A stretch of DNA of 64,000 bases, taken from an uncultured Alphaproteobacteria bacterium (GTDB taxonomy: Bacteria; Pseudomonadota; Alphaproteobacteria; SP197). Numbering within the stretch: position 1 is the first letter of the stretch; the number at the start of each line of letters is the position of its first letter. Shown piece by piece: positions 17,936-27,835 of the stretch. The DNA is taken from NCBI GenBank assembly GCA_938048755.1, contig CALIUG010000107.1, positions 3,994 to 67,993 on the forward strand, in the 5' to 3' direction. The notes under the pieces were generated by a model. It had not been told where the DNA came from and ran no database searches. It was given only the letters and a program-made list of their open reading frames with translations. The position numbers were made by a program, and so were the translations under genes.

Positions 17936-18544
17936 TTGATGGACAAGTTCGTCTCTCTTACCGGCGTTGCTGCGCCTCTGCCCATGATCAATGTCGATAC
18001 CGACATGATCATTCCCAAACAGTTCCTCAAGACCATCAAGCGCACGGGTCTGGGCAGCCATCTCTTTGACGAGATGCGCTTCAACGACGACGGCAGCGAG
18101 AAGTCGGACTTCGTCCTCAATCGCGAGCCCTATCGCGGTGCCTCGATTCTGATTGCCGATGAGAACTTCGGCTGCGGCTCCTCGCGCGAACACGCCCCCT
18201 GGGCGCTGCTCGACTTCGGCATCCGCTGTGTCATCGCGCCCAGCTTTGCCGACATCTTTTTCAACAACTGCGTCAACAACGGCATCCTGGCGATCACGCT
18301 GCCCCATGCCGAGGTTCATGCTCTGCTGAAGGATGCCGATGGCGGGCACAACGCACGGTTCACCGTTGATCTCGAAGCCCAGACCATTACCCGCCCGGAC
18401 GGATCGACGCTGACCTTTGAGATCGAACCGGAACGCAAGCACCGCCTGCTCAACGGTCTCGACCCCATTGGCCTGAGCCTGCAGAAGGACGATGCGATCT
18501 CCGGTTACGAATCGCGCGTCACCGAAGAGCGTCCCTGGCTTTAA
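17936..18544 (+). CDS. leuD: 3-isopropylmalate dehydratase small subunit
   Basis: [20 protein letters not shown] and [16 protein letters not shown]. Confidence 0.9.
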   Translation: MMDKFVSLTGVAAPLPMINVDTDMIIPKQFLKTIKRTGLGSHLFDEMRFNDDGSEKSDFVLNREPYRGASILIADENFGCGSSREHAPWALLDFGIRCVIAPSFADIFFNNCVNNGILAITLPHAEVHALLKDADGGHNARFTVDLEAQTITRPDGSTLTFEIEPERKHRLLNGLDPIGLSLQKDDAISGYESRVTEERPWL

Positions 18545-18619
18545 CTGCTCCTGAAGATTCCGTTTCCCATCATTGAAGGGTGCTCGCAAGAGCACCCCAA
18601 CCCACGACGTGAGGCCACG

Positions 18620-19729
18620 ATGACTGCCAACAAGAAACTCCTGATGCTGCCCGGCGACGGGATTGGCCCCGAGGTCATGGCCGTGGTTGCGCGCGTCATC
18701 GAATGGTTTGGCAAGCGGCGTCAGATTTCCTTTGATGTCGAGGAAGGCCTGATCGGTGGTGCGTCTTATGATGCCCACGGCACGCCCCTGTCGGACGGCA
18801 CGCTGGAACAGGCCAAGGCGGCCGATGCCGTGCTGCTGGGTGCCGTCGGCGGGCCCAAATGGGATGACCTTGAATTCTCGCTCAAACCAGAGCGTGGCCT
18901 GCTCAAGATCCGCAAGGAGATGGGCCTTTTTGCCAACCTGCGTCCGGCTGTCGTGTTCCCGGCGCTGGCGGAAGCCTCCACGCTCAAGACCGAGATTGTC
19001 TCGGGCCTCGACATCATGATCGTGCGCGAGCTCACCGGCGGCATCTATTTCGGTGAGCCCCGCGGCATTGAGGATCTGGGCAACGGCGAGCGCCGTGGTT
19101 TCAACACGCTGGTCTATACGACCACCGAGATCCGCCGCGTCGGCCGCGTGGCGTTTGAGCTGGCGCAGAAGCGTGGCGGGCGTCTGTGCAGTGTCGACAA
19201 GGCCAATGTCATGGAATCGACCGTGTTGTGGCGCGAAGAGATGATCAAACTTGGTGCCGAGGAGTATCCCGACGTCGAGCTTTCCCACATGTATGTCGAC
19301 AATGCCGCTATGCAGCTGGTGCGCGATCCCAAGCAGTTCGACGTCATGGTCACGACCAACATGTTCGGCGACATCCTGTCCGATTGCGCTGCCATGCTGA
19401 CGGGTTCGCTGGGCATGCTGCCCTCGGCCTCGCTGGGTGCGGAAACGAACGGGCGTATTCCCGCACTCTATGAGCCGGTCCATGGTTCCGCCCCCGATAT
19501 TGCGGGCAAGGACATGGCCAACCCGCTGGCCACGCTTTCGAGCTTCTCGATGATGCTGCGCTACAGCCTTGATCTGCAGGAGGAAGCCGATCTGGTCGAT
19601 CAGGCCGTCAGCAACATCCTGGCCGGCGGCATGCGTACTGCCGATATCATGCAGCCGGGTAAGGCCAAGGTTTCGACCAGCGTCCTCTCCGATGCCATCA
19701 TCGGCGAACTGGACAAGCTCAACGCTTGA
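18620..19729 (+). CDS. leuB: 3-isopropylmalate dehydrogenase
   Basis: [20 protein letters not shown] and MFGDILSD isocitrate/isopropylmalate DH motifs. Confidence 0.95.
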   Translation: MTANKKLLMLPGDGIGPEVMAVVARVIEWFGKRRQISFDVEEGLIGGASYDAHGTPLSDGTLEQAKAADAVLLGAVGGPKWDDLEFSLKPERGLLKIRKEMGLFANLRPAVVFPALAEASTLKTEIVSGLDIMIVRELTGGIYFGEPRGIEDLGNGERRGFNTLVYTTTEIRRVGRVAFELAQKRGGRLCSVDKANVMESTVLWREEMIKLGAEEYPDVELSHMYVDNAAMQLVRDPKQFDVMVTTNMFGDILSDCAAMLTGSLGMLPSASLGAETNGRIPALYEPVHGSAPDIAGKDMANPLATLSSFSMMLRYSLDLQEEADLVDQAVSNILAGGMRTADIMQPGKAKVSTSVLSDAIIGELDKLNA

Positions 19730-19893
19730 GCCTATATGGCGATCCATGATGAATCGTGACGCACGCAAGGGACGGATCGGAGAAGGGGCCATGGCCGCTG
19801 CTTCTGGACGCGTGCGTGCCATGAAAACCACCACCACGATGCGAACCGCAGGCTGACCAGGCCCCGGTCAGCACCTGTTTGACGAGATTGGAA

Positions 19894-19920
19894 GGGGCCG
19901 CGAGGCTCCTTTTTTGTTGT
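19894..19920 (+). terminator. Candidate intrinsic terminator (GGGGCC-GCGA-GGCTCC hairpin + TTTTTTGTTG)
   Basis: 6-bp stem (one G.U) with a GNRA-like tetraloop followed by a U-run, 165 nt downstream of leuB and upstream of asd. Confidence 0.35.
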
Positions 19921-19972
19921 GCCGTTGCATGAACTGGCTGTGCCCATCGGGGCAGCCGAGATGGAGAAGAAG

Positions 19973-21010
19973 ATGGGTTACAAGGTTGCAGTTGTCGGCG
20001 CCACGGGTGCCGTAGGCTACGAGATGCTGGCCACACTTGCCGAACGGAAGTTCCCGGTTGATGAGATCGTCGCACTTGCTTCGTCGCGCTCGATCGGCCG
20101 TGAGGTCTCTTTTGGCGACGACAAGGTCCTGAAGGTCCAGGATCTGGAGACCTTCAACTTCAAGGGAACCGACATCGCGCTCTTTTCGCCCGGCGCCAAG
20201 GTCTCGGACATCCATGCACCACGCGCTGCCGCGGCAGACTGCATCGTGATCGATAACACCTCGCGTTTCCGCTACGACGAGGACATTCCGCTCATCGTGC
20301 CCGAGGTCAATCCCCAGGACCTTGAGATGTTCGAGAACCGCTACATCATCTCGAACCCGAACTGCTCGACGATCCAGATGCTGGTTGCCTTGAAGCCGCT
20401 GCATGATCTGGCGCCGATCAAGCGCATCGTCGTCTCGACCTATCAGGCGACGGGCGGCGCGGGGAAGGCGGGCATGGACGAGCTCTTCAATCAGACCAAG
20501 AAAACCTACGTCAACGAGAAGATGGCGCCCGACGTCTTCCAGAAGGAAATCGCCTTCAACTGCATTCCCCAGATCGATGTCTTTATGGATGACGGCTCGA
20601 CCAAGGAAGAATGGAAGATGATGGTCGAGACGCAGAAGATTCTCGACCCCGCGATCAAGGTGCAGGCGACCTGTGTGCGTGTGCCGGTCTTTATCGGTCA
20701 CGCCGAAGCGGTGACCGTGGAGTTCGAAAGCGCGCTCGACGAAAACGACGCCCGTGACCAGCTGCGTGAATCCGATGGTGTTGTCGTGCTCGATGAACGT
20801 GAGCCAGGCGGGTACATCACCCAGAAGGAATGCGCGGGCGATGACGCCGTTTACGTCAGCCGTATCCGCAAGGATCCGACGGTCGAGCACGGTCTTTCCA
20901 TGTGGATTGTCTCCGACAACCTGCGCAAGGGTGCTGCCCTCAACGCCGTCCAGATTGCCGAGGAAATGGATCGCCGCTTCCTGAAAGGTGCGCTGGACAA
21001 GGCAAGCTGA
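19973..21010 (+). CDS. asd: Aspartate-semialdehyde dehydrogenase
   Basis: KVAVVGATGAVG Rossmann N-terminus and the active-site region NCSTIQ. An alternative start at 19961 (MEKKM) is possible. Confidence 0.9.
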   Translation: MGYKVAVVGATGAVGYEMLATLAERKFPVDEIVALASSRSIGREVSFGDDKVLKVQDLETFNFKGTDIALFSPGAKVSDIHAPRAAAADCIVIDNTSRFRYDEDIPLIVPEVNPQDLEMFENRYIISNPNCSTIQMLVALKPLHDLAPIKRIVVSTYQATGGAGKAGMDELFNQTKKTYVNEKMAPDVFQKEIAFNCIPQIDVFMDDGSTKEEWKMMVETQKILDPAIKVQATCVRVPVFIGHAEAVTVEFESALDENDARDQLRESDGVVVLDEREPGGYITQKECAGDDAVYVSRIRKDPTVEHGLSMWIVSDNLRKGAALNAVQIAEEMDRRFLKGALDKAS

Positions 21011-21016
21011 GCGCGA

Positions 21017-21466
21017 TCAATCGGTGATCAGGAGCGTCTGAATCTCAGGTGCAAGCATTTCGCCCTGGAAGGGATTGAGCACTCTGACACCGTCATAGTC
21101 GGCACCGTGCTGCATGTCCTCGGAAAGCAGCACGGTGCAGCCGGCTTCACGCAACGTCGCGAGCAGCAGGGCGTCCCAATATTGCAGGCGGCCAGCCGCT
21201 GCTTGGGACAAAGCCCAGGATGCTGCCTGGGCGCTGGGCATGACGGCCGGAAACATTTCAAGCAGGTTGGTTGCGTGTACCGCGAGTGTTTCGGTCGCCT
21301 GCGGATCAATGCGTCGCGAGGCGACAAAGAACTCACCGACGGCCTGGATTGTCAGGTGACAGTCGACCATGCGCGAGGCGGCCAGGATTTCCAGAGTGCG
21401 TGCGTGGCGATGGCCAGCTGTTGCGTCGAATGCGTAGACCAGCACATTCGCATCAAGTGAAAACAC
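21017..21466 (-). CDS. PIN-domain toxin (VapC-like)
   Basis: MFSLDANVLVYAFD...LLSEDMQHG PIN signature, 149 aa. Confidence 0.75.
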   Translation of the reverse strand: MFSLDANVLVYAFDATAGHRHARTLEILAASRMVDCHLTIQAVGEFFVASRRIDPQATETLAVHATNLLEMFPAVMPSAQAASWALSQAAAGRLQYWDALLLATLREAGCTVLLSEDMQHGADYDGVRVLNPFQGEMLAPEIQTLLITD

Positions 21467-21480
21467 GGATTTCGTACCGG

Positions 21481-21750
21481 TCAGATGTCTTCATAGGCGT
21501 CTTCGCGCCGGAACTTGTAGCCACCCAGGTCGACAGGGTGATCACGCATGCGCTCTTGCATGCGCTGCCAGGCCGCTTCCTGCTCGGGTGTCAGAATGCG
21601 CTTTCTGCCGGGAATGGGAACGAGCTTGGCGACTGCTTCACCACGCCGCGTGATGATCACTTCCTGTCCGGATTCAACCTCGCGAATCAGACTGGCAAAT
21701 TGCTGGTTTGCGTCGCGCAAGGCGACTTCCTTGGTAGCTTCCATGATCAT
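21481..21750 (-). CDS. Phd/YefM-family antitoxin
   Basis: EATKEVALRDANQQFASLIREVESGQEVIITRRGEAVAKLVPI is the Phd/YefM N-terminus. The ATG is at 21750; the track ORF starts at a TTG at 21771. Confidence 0.7.
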   Translation of the reverse strand: MIMEATKEVALRDANQQFASLIREVESGQEVIITRRGEAVAKLVPIPGRKRILTPEQEAAWQRMQERMRDHPVDLGGYKFRREDAYEDI

Positions 21751-21756
21751 GATCCA

Positions 21757-21784
21757 AGTATGTACTACCAATGTAGTACATACT
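21757..21784. promoter_or_regulatory. Perfect inverted repeat AGTATGTACTAC-caat-GTAGTACATACT immediately upstream of the antitoxin start (candidate operator)
   Basis: 12-bp perfect arms seen directly in the sequence. Confidence 0.45.
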
Positions 21785-21788
21785 GACG

Positions 21789-22633
21789 TTAAGACAAGAG
21801 CGTCACTTCGACGCTGACCGAGGGCGTCGCAATCTCTTGCTGGCCAGCGACCAACGCCATTTCTTCCATGCCAAGGGATGCGGTCCGCCGCATCACCCCA
21901 TGGGTGGCTGCCAGGGCATGGGACAGTGCTTCAGGGGTGGATGATCCCTTCAGGACCATGGCGGTGAAAATGGCCGCGATCAGATCGCCTGCGCCATCGA
22001 CGGGGACATTCAGCCTGGAAACACTGGCCTGCCACGCGCCGGTCTGGTCGATCGCAAGAACGGGGATGCTGTCTGGATAGTCGTCGCGTGCTTCCAGCGA
22101 TGTCACCACAACGGTGCCGGGGCCCATGGCCTGTACCTCGCGGGCGGCTTCCAGTGCTTCGCTCAAACCGCGGACCTTCCGGCCTACCAGAAACTCAAGT
22201 TCCATGTGGTTGGGGAACATGATGTCGGCGCGCGGCACGATATGGTCGCGCAGGTATTCGGGCACACCGGGTTTGACGAAGAATCCCTCCTCGTTGCCCA
22301 TGACGGGATCGCAGGCATAAAGCGCGTCAGGATTGGCCGCGCGCACCAGATCAAGAGCGTGAAGCACGACGTCGCCCAGTTCCGGTCCGCCGATGAACCC
22401 GGTCAGCAGGCACTGGCAGCGGCCCAGTCCGCGATGGTCAACGCCGTCAACGACATCACGAATCCAGTCAAGCTCGAGCGCTTTGCCCTTGAATTCCGGC
22501 CAGCCCAGATGGTTGGAAAACACCACCGTCGGCACGGCATCGACCTCGAAACCCAACAGCTGCAGGGGCAGCACGGCGGCATTGAGGCCGACATGGCCGC
22601 GCGCGACGTGCGACTGAATTGTGAGGATATCCA
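21789..22633 (-). CDS. pdxY: Pyridoxal/pyridoxamine kinase
   Basis: MDILTIQSHVARGHVGLNAAVLPLQLLGFEV...DPVMGNEEGFF...GAGDLIAAIF are ribokinase-family PdxY/PdxK motifs. It is the 3' part of the long track ORF 21789..23702. Confidence 0.8.
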
Positions 22634-22681
22634 TGCCTTGTCTGCCTTTGGGCAGTTGTTGTCGATTGGCGCTTGGCTGTA

Positions 22682-22752
22682 CCAGCCCGCTCCCCCACCC
22701 GGCCGCCCATTCAGAATACTGCCGTGGGTGGCCGGGTGGGGGAGTGGGCTGG
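22682..22752. repeat. REP-like palindromic element, copy B (28-nt arms, 15-nt loop)
   Basis: CCAGCCCGCTCCCCCACCCGGCCGCCCA-ttcagaatactgccg-TGGGTGGCCGGGTGGGGGAGTGGGCTGG. The right arm differs by 1 nt from copy A (13505-13532). Confidence 0.6.
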
Positions 22753-22811
22753 CGTTGCGGCGCCGAAAAAGTATAGTACGCGCGACATCGAGATCGACAG
22801 GAGAACTCTTC

Positions 22812-23696
22812 ATGCCGCGTACCATCCGTCCGCGCCGCAGCGTGCTTTACATGCCCGGCTCCAATGCCCGGGCCCTGGAGAAAGCGCGAACCCTTGATGC
22901 CGATGGCCTGATCTTCGATCTGGAAGACGCCGTTGCGCCCGATGCCAAGGATACGGCGCGCAAGCAGGTCTGTGAGGCGGTTACTGCCGGTGGATATGGC
23001 GGGCGTGAAATCATCATCCGGGTCAACGGACTGGTAACCCCCTGGGGTCGTGATGACATCATGCTGGCCGCCAGGTCGGGTGCACACGCGATTCTGCTGC
23101 CCAAGGTCGAGGGCGCGGGGTTTATTCGAGAGGTGTTGTCCATCATGGATGTTGCCGGAGCGCCTGAAACCATGTCGATCTGGTGCATGATGGAAACGCC
23201 GCTTGCCATGCTGCATGCCGAACGGATCGCGTCGTCCAGTCCGCGCCTGGGCGCGCTCGTCATGGGCACGTCGGATCTTACCAAGGATCTCGCCGCGCAG
23301 CACACGCGCGACCGTCTGCCGATGCTGACCAGTCTGGGCATCTGCATGCTTGCGGCGCGCGCCTTTGATGTCTCGATTCTGGATGGCGTGCAGCTCGATC
23401 TCGAGAACATGAAGGCGTTCGACATGGCCTGCCATCAAGGCCACGACATGGGTTTTGACGGCAAGACCCTGATCCATCCCAAGCAGATCGAAGCGGCCAA
23501 CCGCATCTTCGGGCCGACCAAGGAAGAGGTCGAGTGGTCGGAGCGTATTATCGAGGCGCATGCCGAGGCCGCCAAGGAAGGCAAGGGCGTCGTTGTGGTT
23601 GACGGCAAGCTGATCGAAAACCTCCATATTCAGGAGGCCAAACGCATTCTGCAGCTTTCCGAGGCGATTGGTCGCCTCAAGAGCGGGGAAGCATGA
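22812..23696 (+). CDS. HpcH/HpaI-CitE family CoA-ester lyase/thioesterase (malyl-CoA lyase/thioesterase-like, Mcl2-like)
   Basis: CitE-like TIM barrel: MPGSNARALEKARTLDADGLIFDLEDAVAP, ETPLAM, DLENM. The size (294 aa) and an adjacent Mch-like gene resemble the mcl2-mch pairs of the ethylmalonyl-CoA pathway. Confidence 0.75.
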   Translation: MPRTIRPRRSVLYMPGSNARALEKARTLDADGLIFDLEDAVAPDAKDTARKQVCEAVTAGGYGGREIIIRVNGLVTPWGRDDIMLAARSGAHAILLPKVEGAGFIREVLSIMDVAGAPETMSIWCMMETPLAMLHAERIASSSPRLGALVMGTSDLTKDLAAQHTRDRLPMLTSLGICMLAARAFDVSILDGVQLDLENMKAFDMACHQGHDMGFDGKTLIHPKQIEAANRIFGPTKEEVEWSERIIEAHAEAAKEGKGVVVVDGKLIENLHIQEAKRILQLSEAIGRLKSGEA

Positions 23697-24739
23697 GCGC
23701 ACAACCCGGCAACTTCTTCGAGGACTTCGAGGTCGGCGGCGTTCTCAACCATGCCACGCCGCGCACGATCACGACCGGTGACACGGCACTCTATACCGCG
23801 TTGACCGGCTCGCGGTTCGCACTCCATTCCGCCGACACGTTTGCGCAGGCCTGCGGGCTTTCCGGCAGTCCGATCGATGATGTGCTGGTGTTCCACATCG
23901 TCTTTGGCAAGACCGTCCCGGATGTTTCGCTCAACGCCATTGCCAATCTTGGATATGCCGATGGGCGTTTCGGCGTGCCGGTCTATCCCGGCGATACCTT
24001 GAAGACGGTCTCGACCGTTCTGGGCAAACGCGAGCTTTCCAACGGCAAGGCGGGTGTCGTCTGGGTGCGCTCGAACGGCACCAACCAGCGCGGCGAAACC
24101 GTGCTGGACTACGTGCGCTGGGTCATGGTGAACAAGGCTGATCCCGAGAGCCCGGCTGCTGAAGCGCAGGTGCCGGAACTGCCCGCGGCGGTCGATGCTG
24201 CCTCGCTCCAGGTGCCGGCCGATTTTGATCTCGCCGGTTATGACCGCATGGCCGCGGGCGACCCTCGCGGTTTCGGGGACTATCAGATCGGTGACCGCAT
24301 CGACCATGTCGACGGTATGGCGATCGAGGAAGCCGAACACCAGATGGCCACACGGCTCTATCAGAATACGGCCAAGGTGCATTTTGACCTGCATCGTGCG
24401 GCCGAAACCCGTTTCGGTCGGCGCATCATTTATGGCGGCCACATCATCAGCCTTGCTCGGGCGCTCTCGTTCAACGGTCTTGCCAATGCCTGCCGTATCG
24501 TCGCGCTGAACGGCGGGCGCCACACGGCGCCGACCTTCGCTGGCGACACGATCTATGCGTGGTCGGAAATCCTCGAAAAGGCCGAACTGGCAGGGCGCGG
24601 TGATGTCGGCGCGGTGCGGATCCGAACGATTGCGGCCAAGAACCACCCCTGTGAGGACCTGCCCGACCTGGGCGAGGACGGCAAGGATCACCCCGACAAG
24701 GTCCTGGATCTGGATTACTGGGCCCTGATGCCGATGTGA
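23693..24739 (+). CDS. MaoC-family double hot-dog (R)-enoyl-CoA hydratase (mesaconyl-CoA hydratase-like)
   Basis: 348 aa with two hot-dog halves. ATGA-coupled to the CitE-like gene. Confidence 0.7.
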   Translation: MSAQPGNFFEDFEVGGVLNHATPRTITTGDTALYTALTGSRFALHSADTFAQACGLSGSPIDDVLVFHIVFGKTVPDVSLNAIANLGYADGRFGVPVYPGDTLKTVSTVLGKRELSNGKAGVVWVRSNGTNQRGETVLDYVRWVMVNKADPESPAAEAQVPELPAAVDAASLQVPADFDLAGYDRMAAGDPRGFGDYQIGDRIDHVDGMAIEEAEHQMATRLYQNTAKVHFDLHRAAETRFGRRIIYGGHIISLARALSFNGLANACRIVALNGGRHTAPTFAGDTIYAWSEILEKAELAGRGDVGAVRIRTIAAKNHPCEDLPDLGEDGKDHPDKVLDLDYWALMPM

Positions 24740-24860
24740 GCCGGTGGGGATGGTTCCTTCTTACCCGGAACTGAATTAGTGTATGTTTGCTTCGTTGCAG
24801 TGCAGCATTGAACCTCCGTCGAGGTCGTTGCGTACCAACGCATGCTGAGGAGATTTCTTG

Positions 24861-25259
24861 ATGGCAGAAACGCCAAACAGGCCGCTATCGCCGCATCTGC
24901 AGGTCTACAAGCCGCAGATCACATCCGTTCTGTCGATCACGCACCGCGCCACGGGCATTGTGCTGTCCCTGGGTGTTGTTCTGCTGGTTGCCTGGCTGAT
25001 GGCTGCAGCGGCAGGTCCGGAGTACTACGCAGCGGCCCAGGCCTGCGCCGGATCGTGGTTGGGCTACCTCTTCCTCTTCGGCTTTTCGGTGTGTCTGTTC
25101 TACCACCTGCTCAACGGCATCCGGCATCTCTTCTGGGATGCGGGCCATGGATTTGAGCTGGAGACCGTGACCCGCACCGGATGGGCTGTTCTGGTGGGAA
25201 CGGTGCTGCTGACCGCCATCGCCTGGATCCTGGGTCTTTCGGTCATGGGGAGGCTGTAG
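24861..25259 (+). CDS. sdhC: Succinate dehydrogenase cytochrome b556 subunit
   Basis: RPLSPHLQVYKPQITSVLSITHRATG (heme His) is the canonical SdhC N-terminus, with 3 TM. Confidence 0.85.
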   Translation: MAETPNRPLSPHLQVYKPQITSVLSITHRATGIVLSLGVVLLVAWLMAAAAGPEYYAAAQACAGSWLGYLFLFGFSVCLFYHLLNGIRHLFWDAGHGFELETVTRTGWAVLVGTVLLTAIAWILGLSVMGRL

Positions 25260-25261
25260 TC

Positions 25262-25615
25262 ATGAGCAACCGCAAACTCGGACCCTCCAAGACCGGGACG
25301 TCCCACTGGTGGCATCAGCGGTTGACGGCCATTGCACTTGTCCCGCTCGTTCTGTTCCTCATCGGCCTACTGCCCAACATGGCCGGCGCGACCTATCGTG
25401 AATTCACCGCGCTCATGCAGATTCCGATCACACCCGTGGTTTTGATCCTGCTTGTGGGGGCTGGTCTCTATCACATGAAACTCGGCCTGCAGGTCGTCAT
25501 CGAGGACTACGTTCACAACGAATGCCTCAAGATGGCGCTGGTCGTTTCGCTCACGCTTTTCACGTTCTTTCTTGCCGCCGCCGGCATCGTTTCCATCATC
25601 ATGCTCGCGGCCTGA
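25262..25615 (+). CDS. sdhD: Succinate dehydrogenase hydrophobic membrane anchor subunit
   Basis: [14 protein letters not shown]...[18 protein letters not shown]; 117 aa, 3 TM. Confidence 0.8.
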   Translation: MSNRKLGPSKTGTSHWWHQRLTAIALVPLVLFLIGLLPNMAGATYREFTALMQIPITPVVLILLVGAGLYHMKLGLQVVIEDYVHNECLKMALVVSLTLFTFFLAAAGIVSIIMLAA

Positions 25616-25635
25616 AGGCGAAGGATTTTGACGAC

Positions 25636-27432
25636 ATGACAGCTTCGCCTGCCTACAAGATTATCGACCATTCCTATGACGTCATCGTCGTGGGCGCGGG
25701 CGGCGCGGGTCTGCGCGCCACCCTGGGCCTTGCCGAGGCGGGATTGCATACCGCTTGCATCACCAAGGTCTTCCCCACGCGCAGCCATACCGTGGCCGCA
25801 CAGGGCGGTATTTCGGCGGCGCTGGGCAACATGGGTCACGATGACTGGCGCTTCCACATGTACGACACCATCAAGGGGTCGGACTGGCTGGGCGACCAGG
25901 ACGCTATCGAATACATGTGCAAGGAAGCACCCGCTGCGGTGATCGAGCTGGAGCATTACGGCGTGCCGTTCTCGCGCACCGAAGAGGGCAAAATCTACCA
26001 GCGCGCCTTTGGCGGGATGACGACCGATTATGGTGAAGGCACGGCCCAGCGCACCTGCGCGGCAGCCGACCGTACCGGACACGCCATCCTGCATACGCTC
26101 TACCAGCAGTCGCTCAAGAACCAGGCGCAGTTCTTCCTGGAATACTTCGCCCTTGATCTGATTATGGATGACGAAGGCGGCTGCCAGGGTGTCATGGCAT
26201 GGTGTCTGGATGACGGCACCATTCACCGCTTCAACGCCCACACCACGATCATCGCCACGGGTGGTTACGGGCGCTGCTACTTCTCCTGCACCTCGGCCCA
26301 TACCTGCACCGGTGACGGCGGCGGTATGGCGTTGCGTGCGGGCCTGCCGCTCCAGGACATGGAGTTTGTGCAGTTCCATCCCACGGGTATCTATGGCGCC
26401 GGCGTGCTGATTACCGAAGGCGTGCGCGGTGAGGGCGGTTATCTCGTCAACTCCGAAGGCGAGCGATTCATGGAGCGATACGCGCCCTCAGCCAAGGATC
26501 TTGCCAGCCGAGATGTCGTCTCGCGCGCCATGACCATGGAAATCCGCGACGGTCGGGGTGTGGGCGGCGACAAGGACCATATCTTCCTGAAACTCGATCA
26601 CCTTGATCCCGCGATAATCCATCAGCGTCTGCCCGGCATTTCCGAAAGCGCGCAGATCTTCTCAGGTGTCGATGTGACCAAGGAGCCGATCCCGGTCCTG
26701 CCCACCGTGCATTACAACATGGGTGGTGTTCCCACGAACTATCATGGTGAGGTCGTCACCCTCAGGGATGGCGAGCCCAATGCTGTCGTGCCCGGCCTGA
26801 TGGCAGCAGGCGAGGCCGCCTGCGTTTCGGTCCATGGCGCGAACCGCCTGGGCTCCAACTCCCTGCTCGATCTCGTGGTGTTCGGACGTGCTGCCGCGAT
26901 CCGTGCAGCCGAAGTGGTCAAGCCTGGTGCCCGGCTGCGCGAGCTGCCCAAGGATGCTGGTGAAGCAACGCTCGATCGTCTCGACCGTCTGCGCCATGCC
27001 AAGGGTGATACACCGACGGCCGCCATCCGCGCGAAGATGCAAAGCACCATGCAGAACGATGCCGCGGTCTTCCGCACCCAGGAAACGCTGGCGGAAGGCT
27101 GCACCAAGATGGCCGATGTTTTCGACAGTTTCTCCGATGTCGGCGTCTCGGACCGTTCGATGATCTGGAATACCGATCTGGTGGAGACCTGGGAGCTCGA
27201 CAACCTGCTGCGCCAGGCCGTCGTCACGATCAACTGCGCGGAAAACCGCAAGGAAAGCCGTGGTGCTCACGCGCGCGAGGACTTCGCGGACCGGGATGAC
27301 GAAAACTGGATGAAACACACGGTTTGCTGGCTCAGCGAAGACGGCAAACCCAGCATCGACTATCGGCCGGTGCATATGGAAACGCTGACCGATGATGTCG
27401 AAACCGTCCCGCCCAAGGCGCGGGTTTATTGA
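25636..27432 (+). CDS. sdhA: Succinate dehydrogenase flavoprotein subunit
   Basis: [18 protein letters not shown] fold, [10 protein letters not shown] (covalent FAD His) and [11 protein letters not shown]. Confidence 0.95.
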   Translation: MTASPAYKIIDHSYDVIVVGAGGAGLRATLGLAEAGLHTACITKVFPTRSHTVAAQGGISAALGNMGHDDWRFHMYDTIKGSDWLGDQDAIEYMCKEAPAAVIELEHYGVPFSRTEEGKIYQRAFGGMTTDYGEGTAQRTCAAADRTGHAILHTLYQQSLKNQAQFFLEYFALDLIMDDEGGCQGVMAWCLDDGTIHRFNAHTTIIATGGYGRCYFSCTSAHTCTGDGGGMALRAGLPLQDMEFVQFHPTGIYGAGVLITEGVRGEGGYLVNSEGERFMERYAPSAKDLASRDVVSRAMTMEIRDGRGVGGDKDHIFLKLDHLDPAIIHQRLPGISESAQIFSGVDVTKEPIPVLPTVHYNMGGVPTNYHGEVVTLRDGEPNAVVPGLMAAGEAACVSVHGANRLGSNSLLDLVVFGRAAAIRAAEVVKPGARLRELPKDAGEATLDRLDRLRHAKGDTPTAAIRAKMQSTMQNDAAVFRTQETLAEGCTKMADVFDSFSDVGVSDRSMIWNTDLVETWELDNLLRQAVVTINCAENRKESRGAHAREDFADRDDENWMKHTVCWLSEDGKPSIDYRPVHMETLTDDVETVPPKARVY

Positions 27433-27446
27433 TCGGAGGAAGTGTC

Positions 27447-27704
27447 ATGCGACGTCTGTTGATTGTTCTGGTGGCTGGCCTGGCGCTGTTGGCGTCCGGC
27501 GATGCCGCCCATGCCAGTACGCAGTGGAAGGAAAGCCACTACAACCTCGTCCAGGCTCTGGAGGCCGGCTACACCGTCGTCAGCAACTATCACAACAGCG
27601 AGGGCCATCTGGTCTTCGTCCTGCAGCGTCAGAATGTCTTGCTGATGTGTGCCTATGCCGTGCAACAATCGACCAATTGCGCACAGTTGGGCAATGAGCT
27701 CTAG
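27447..27704 (+). CDS. Small secreted hypothetical protein (85 aa) inserted between sdhA and sdhB
   Basis: Strong SD GGAGGA 8 nt before the ATG. MRRLLIVLVAGLALLASGDAAHAS is a signal peptide. The mature ~60 aa has 2 Cys. Confidence 0.5.
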   Translation: MRRLLIVLVAGLALLASGDAAHASTQWKESHYNLVQALEAGYTVVSNYHNSEGHLVFVLQRQNVLLMCAYAVQQSTNCAQLGNEL

Positions 27705-27835
27705 AGTCCGATCGGTGTATGTCGGATCGACATGCACCGTGAATCGGCCTCTGATTTGTTAAGGAGGAGCAGCATGCACGTTTCTGGTTAAGCCAACCCG
27801 AAACGATCCTGCTCCAGGAACGGGAAACCTCTCTC

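Noticed and set aside
15671-19837. Minus-strand ORFs 15671..17062 (463 aa) and 17861..19837 (658 aa)
   Set aside because: They are antisense to leuC and to leuD/leuB respectively. The plus-strand genes have unmistakable conserved motifs; the minus translations have none.
19729-19973. Small ORF MMNRDARKGRIGEGAMAAASGRVRAMKTTTTMRTAG in the leuB-asd spacer and track ORF 19569..19856
   Set aside because: It is a short, Arg/Ala-rich ORF that overlaps the leuB 3' end in another frame, with no SD. It is more likely noncoding spacer carrying a terminator-like hairpin.
21789-23702. 637-aa minus-strand ORF taken as one gene
   Set aside because: Only the 3' 282 codons (pdxY, 21789-22633) are real. The upstream in-frame extension runs antisense through the REP element and the CitE-like gene (22812-23696, plus strand), which has clear HpcH/CitE motifs.
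25513-27375. Minus-strand ORFs 25513..26379 and 26662..27375
   Set aside because: They are antisense to sdhA (which has the covalent-FAD His and Rossmann motifs).
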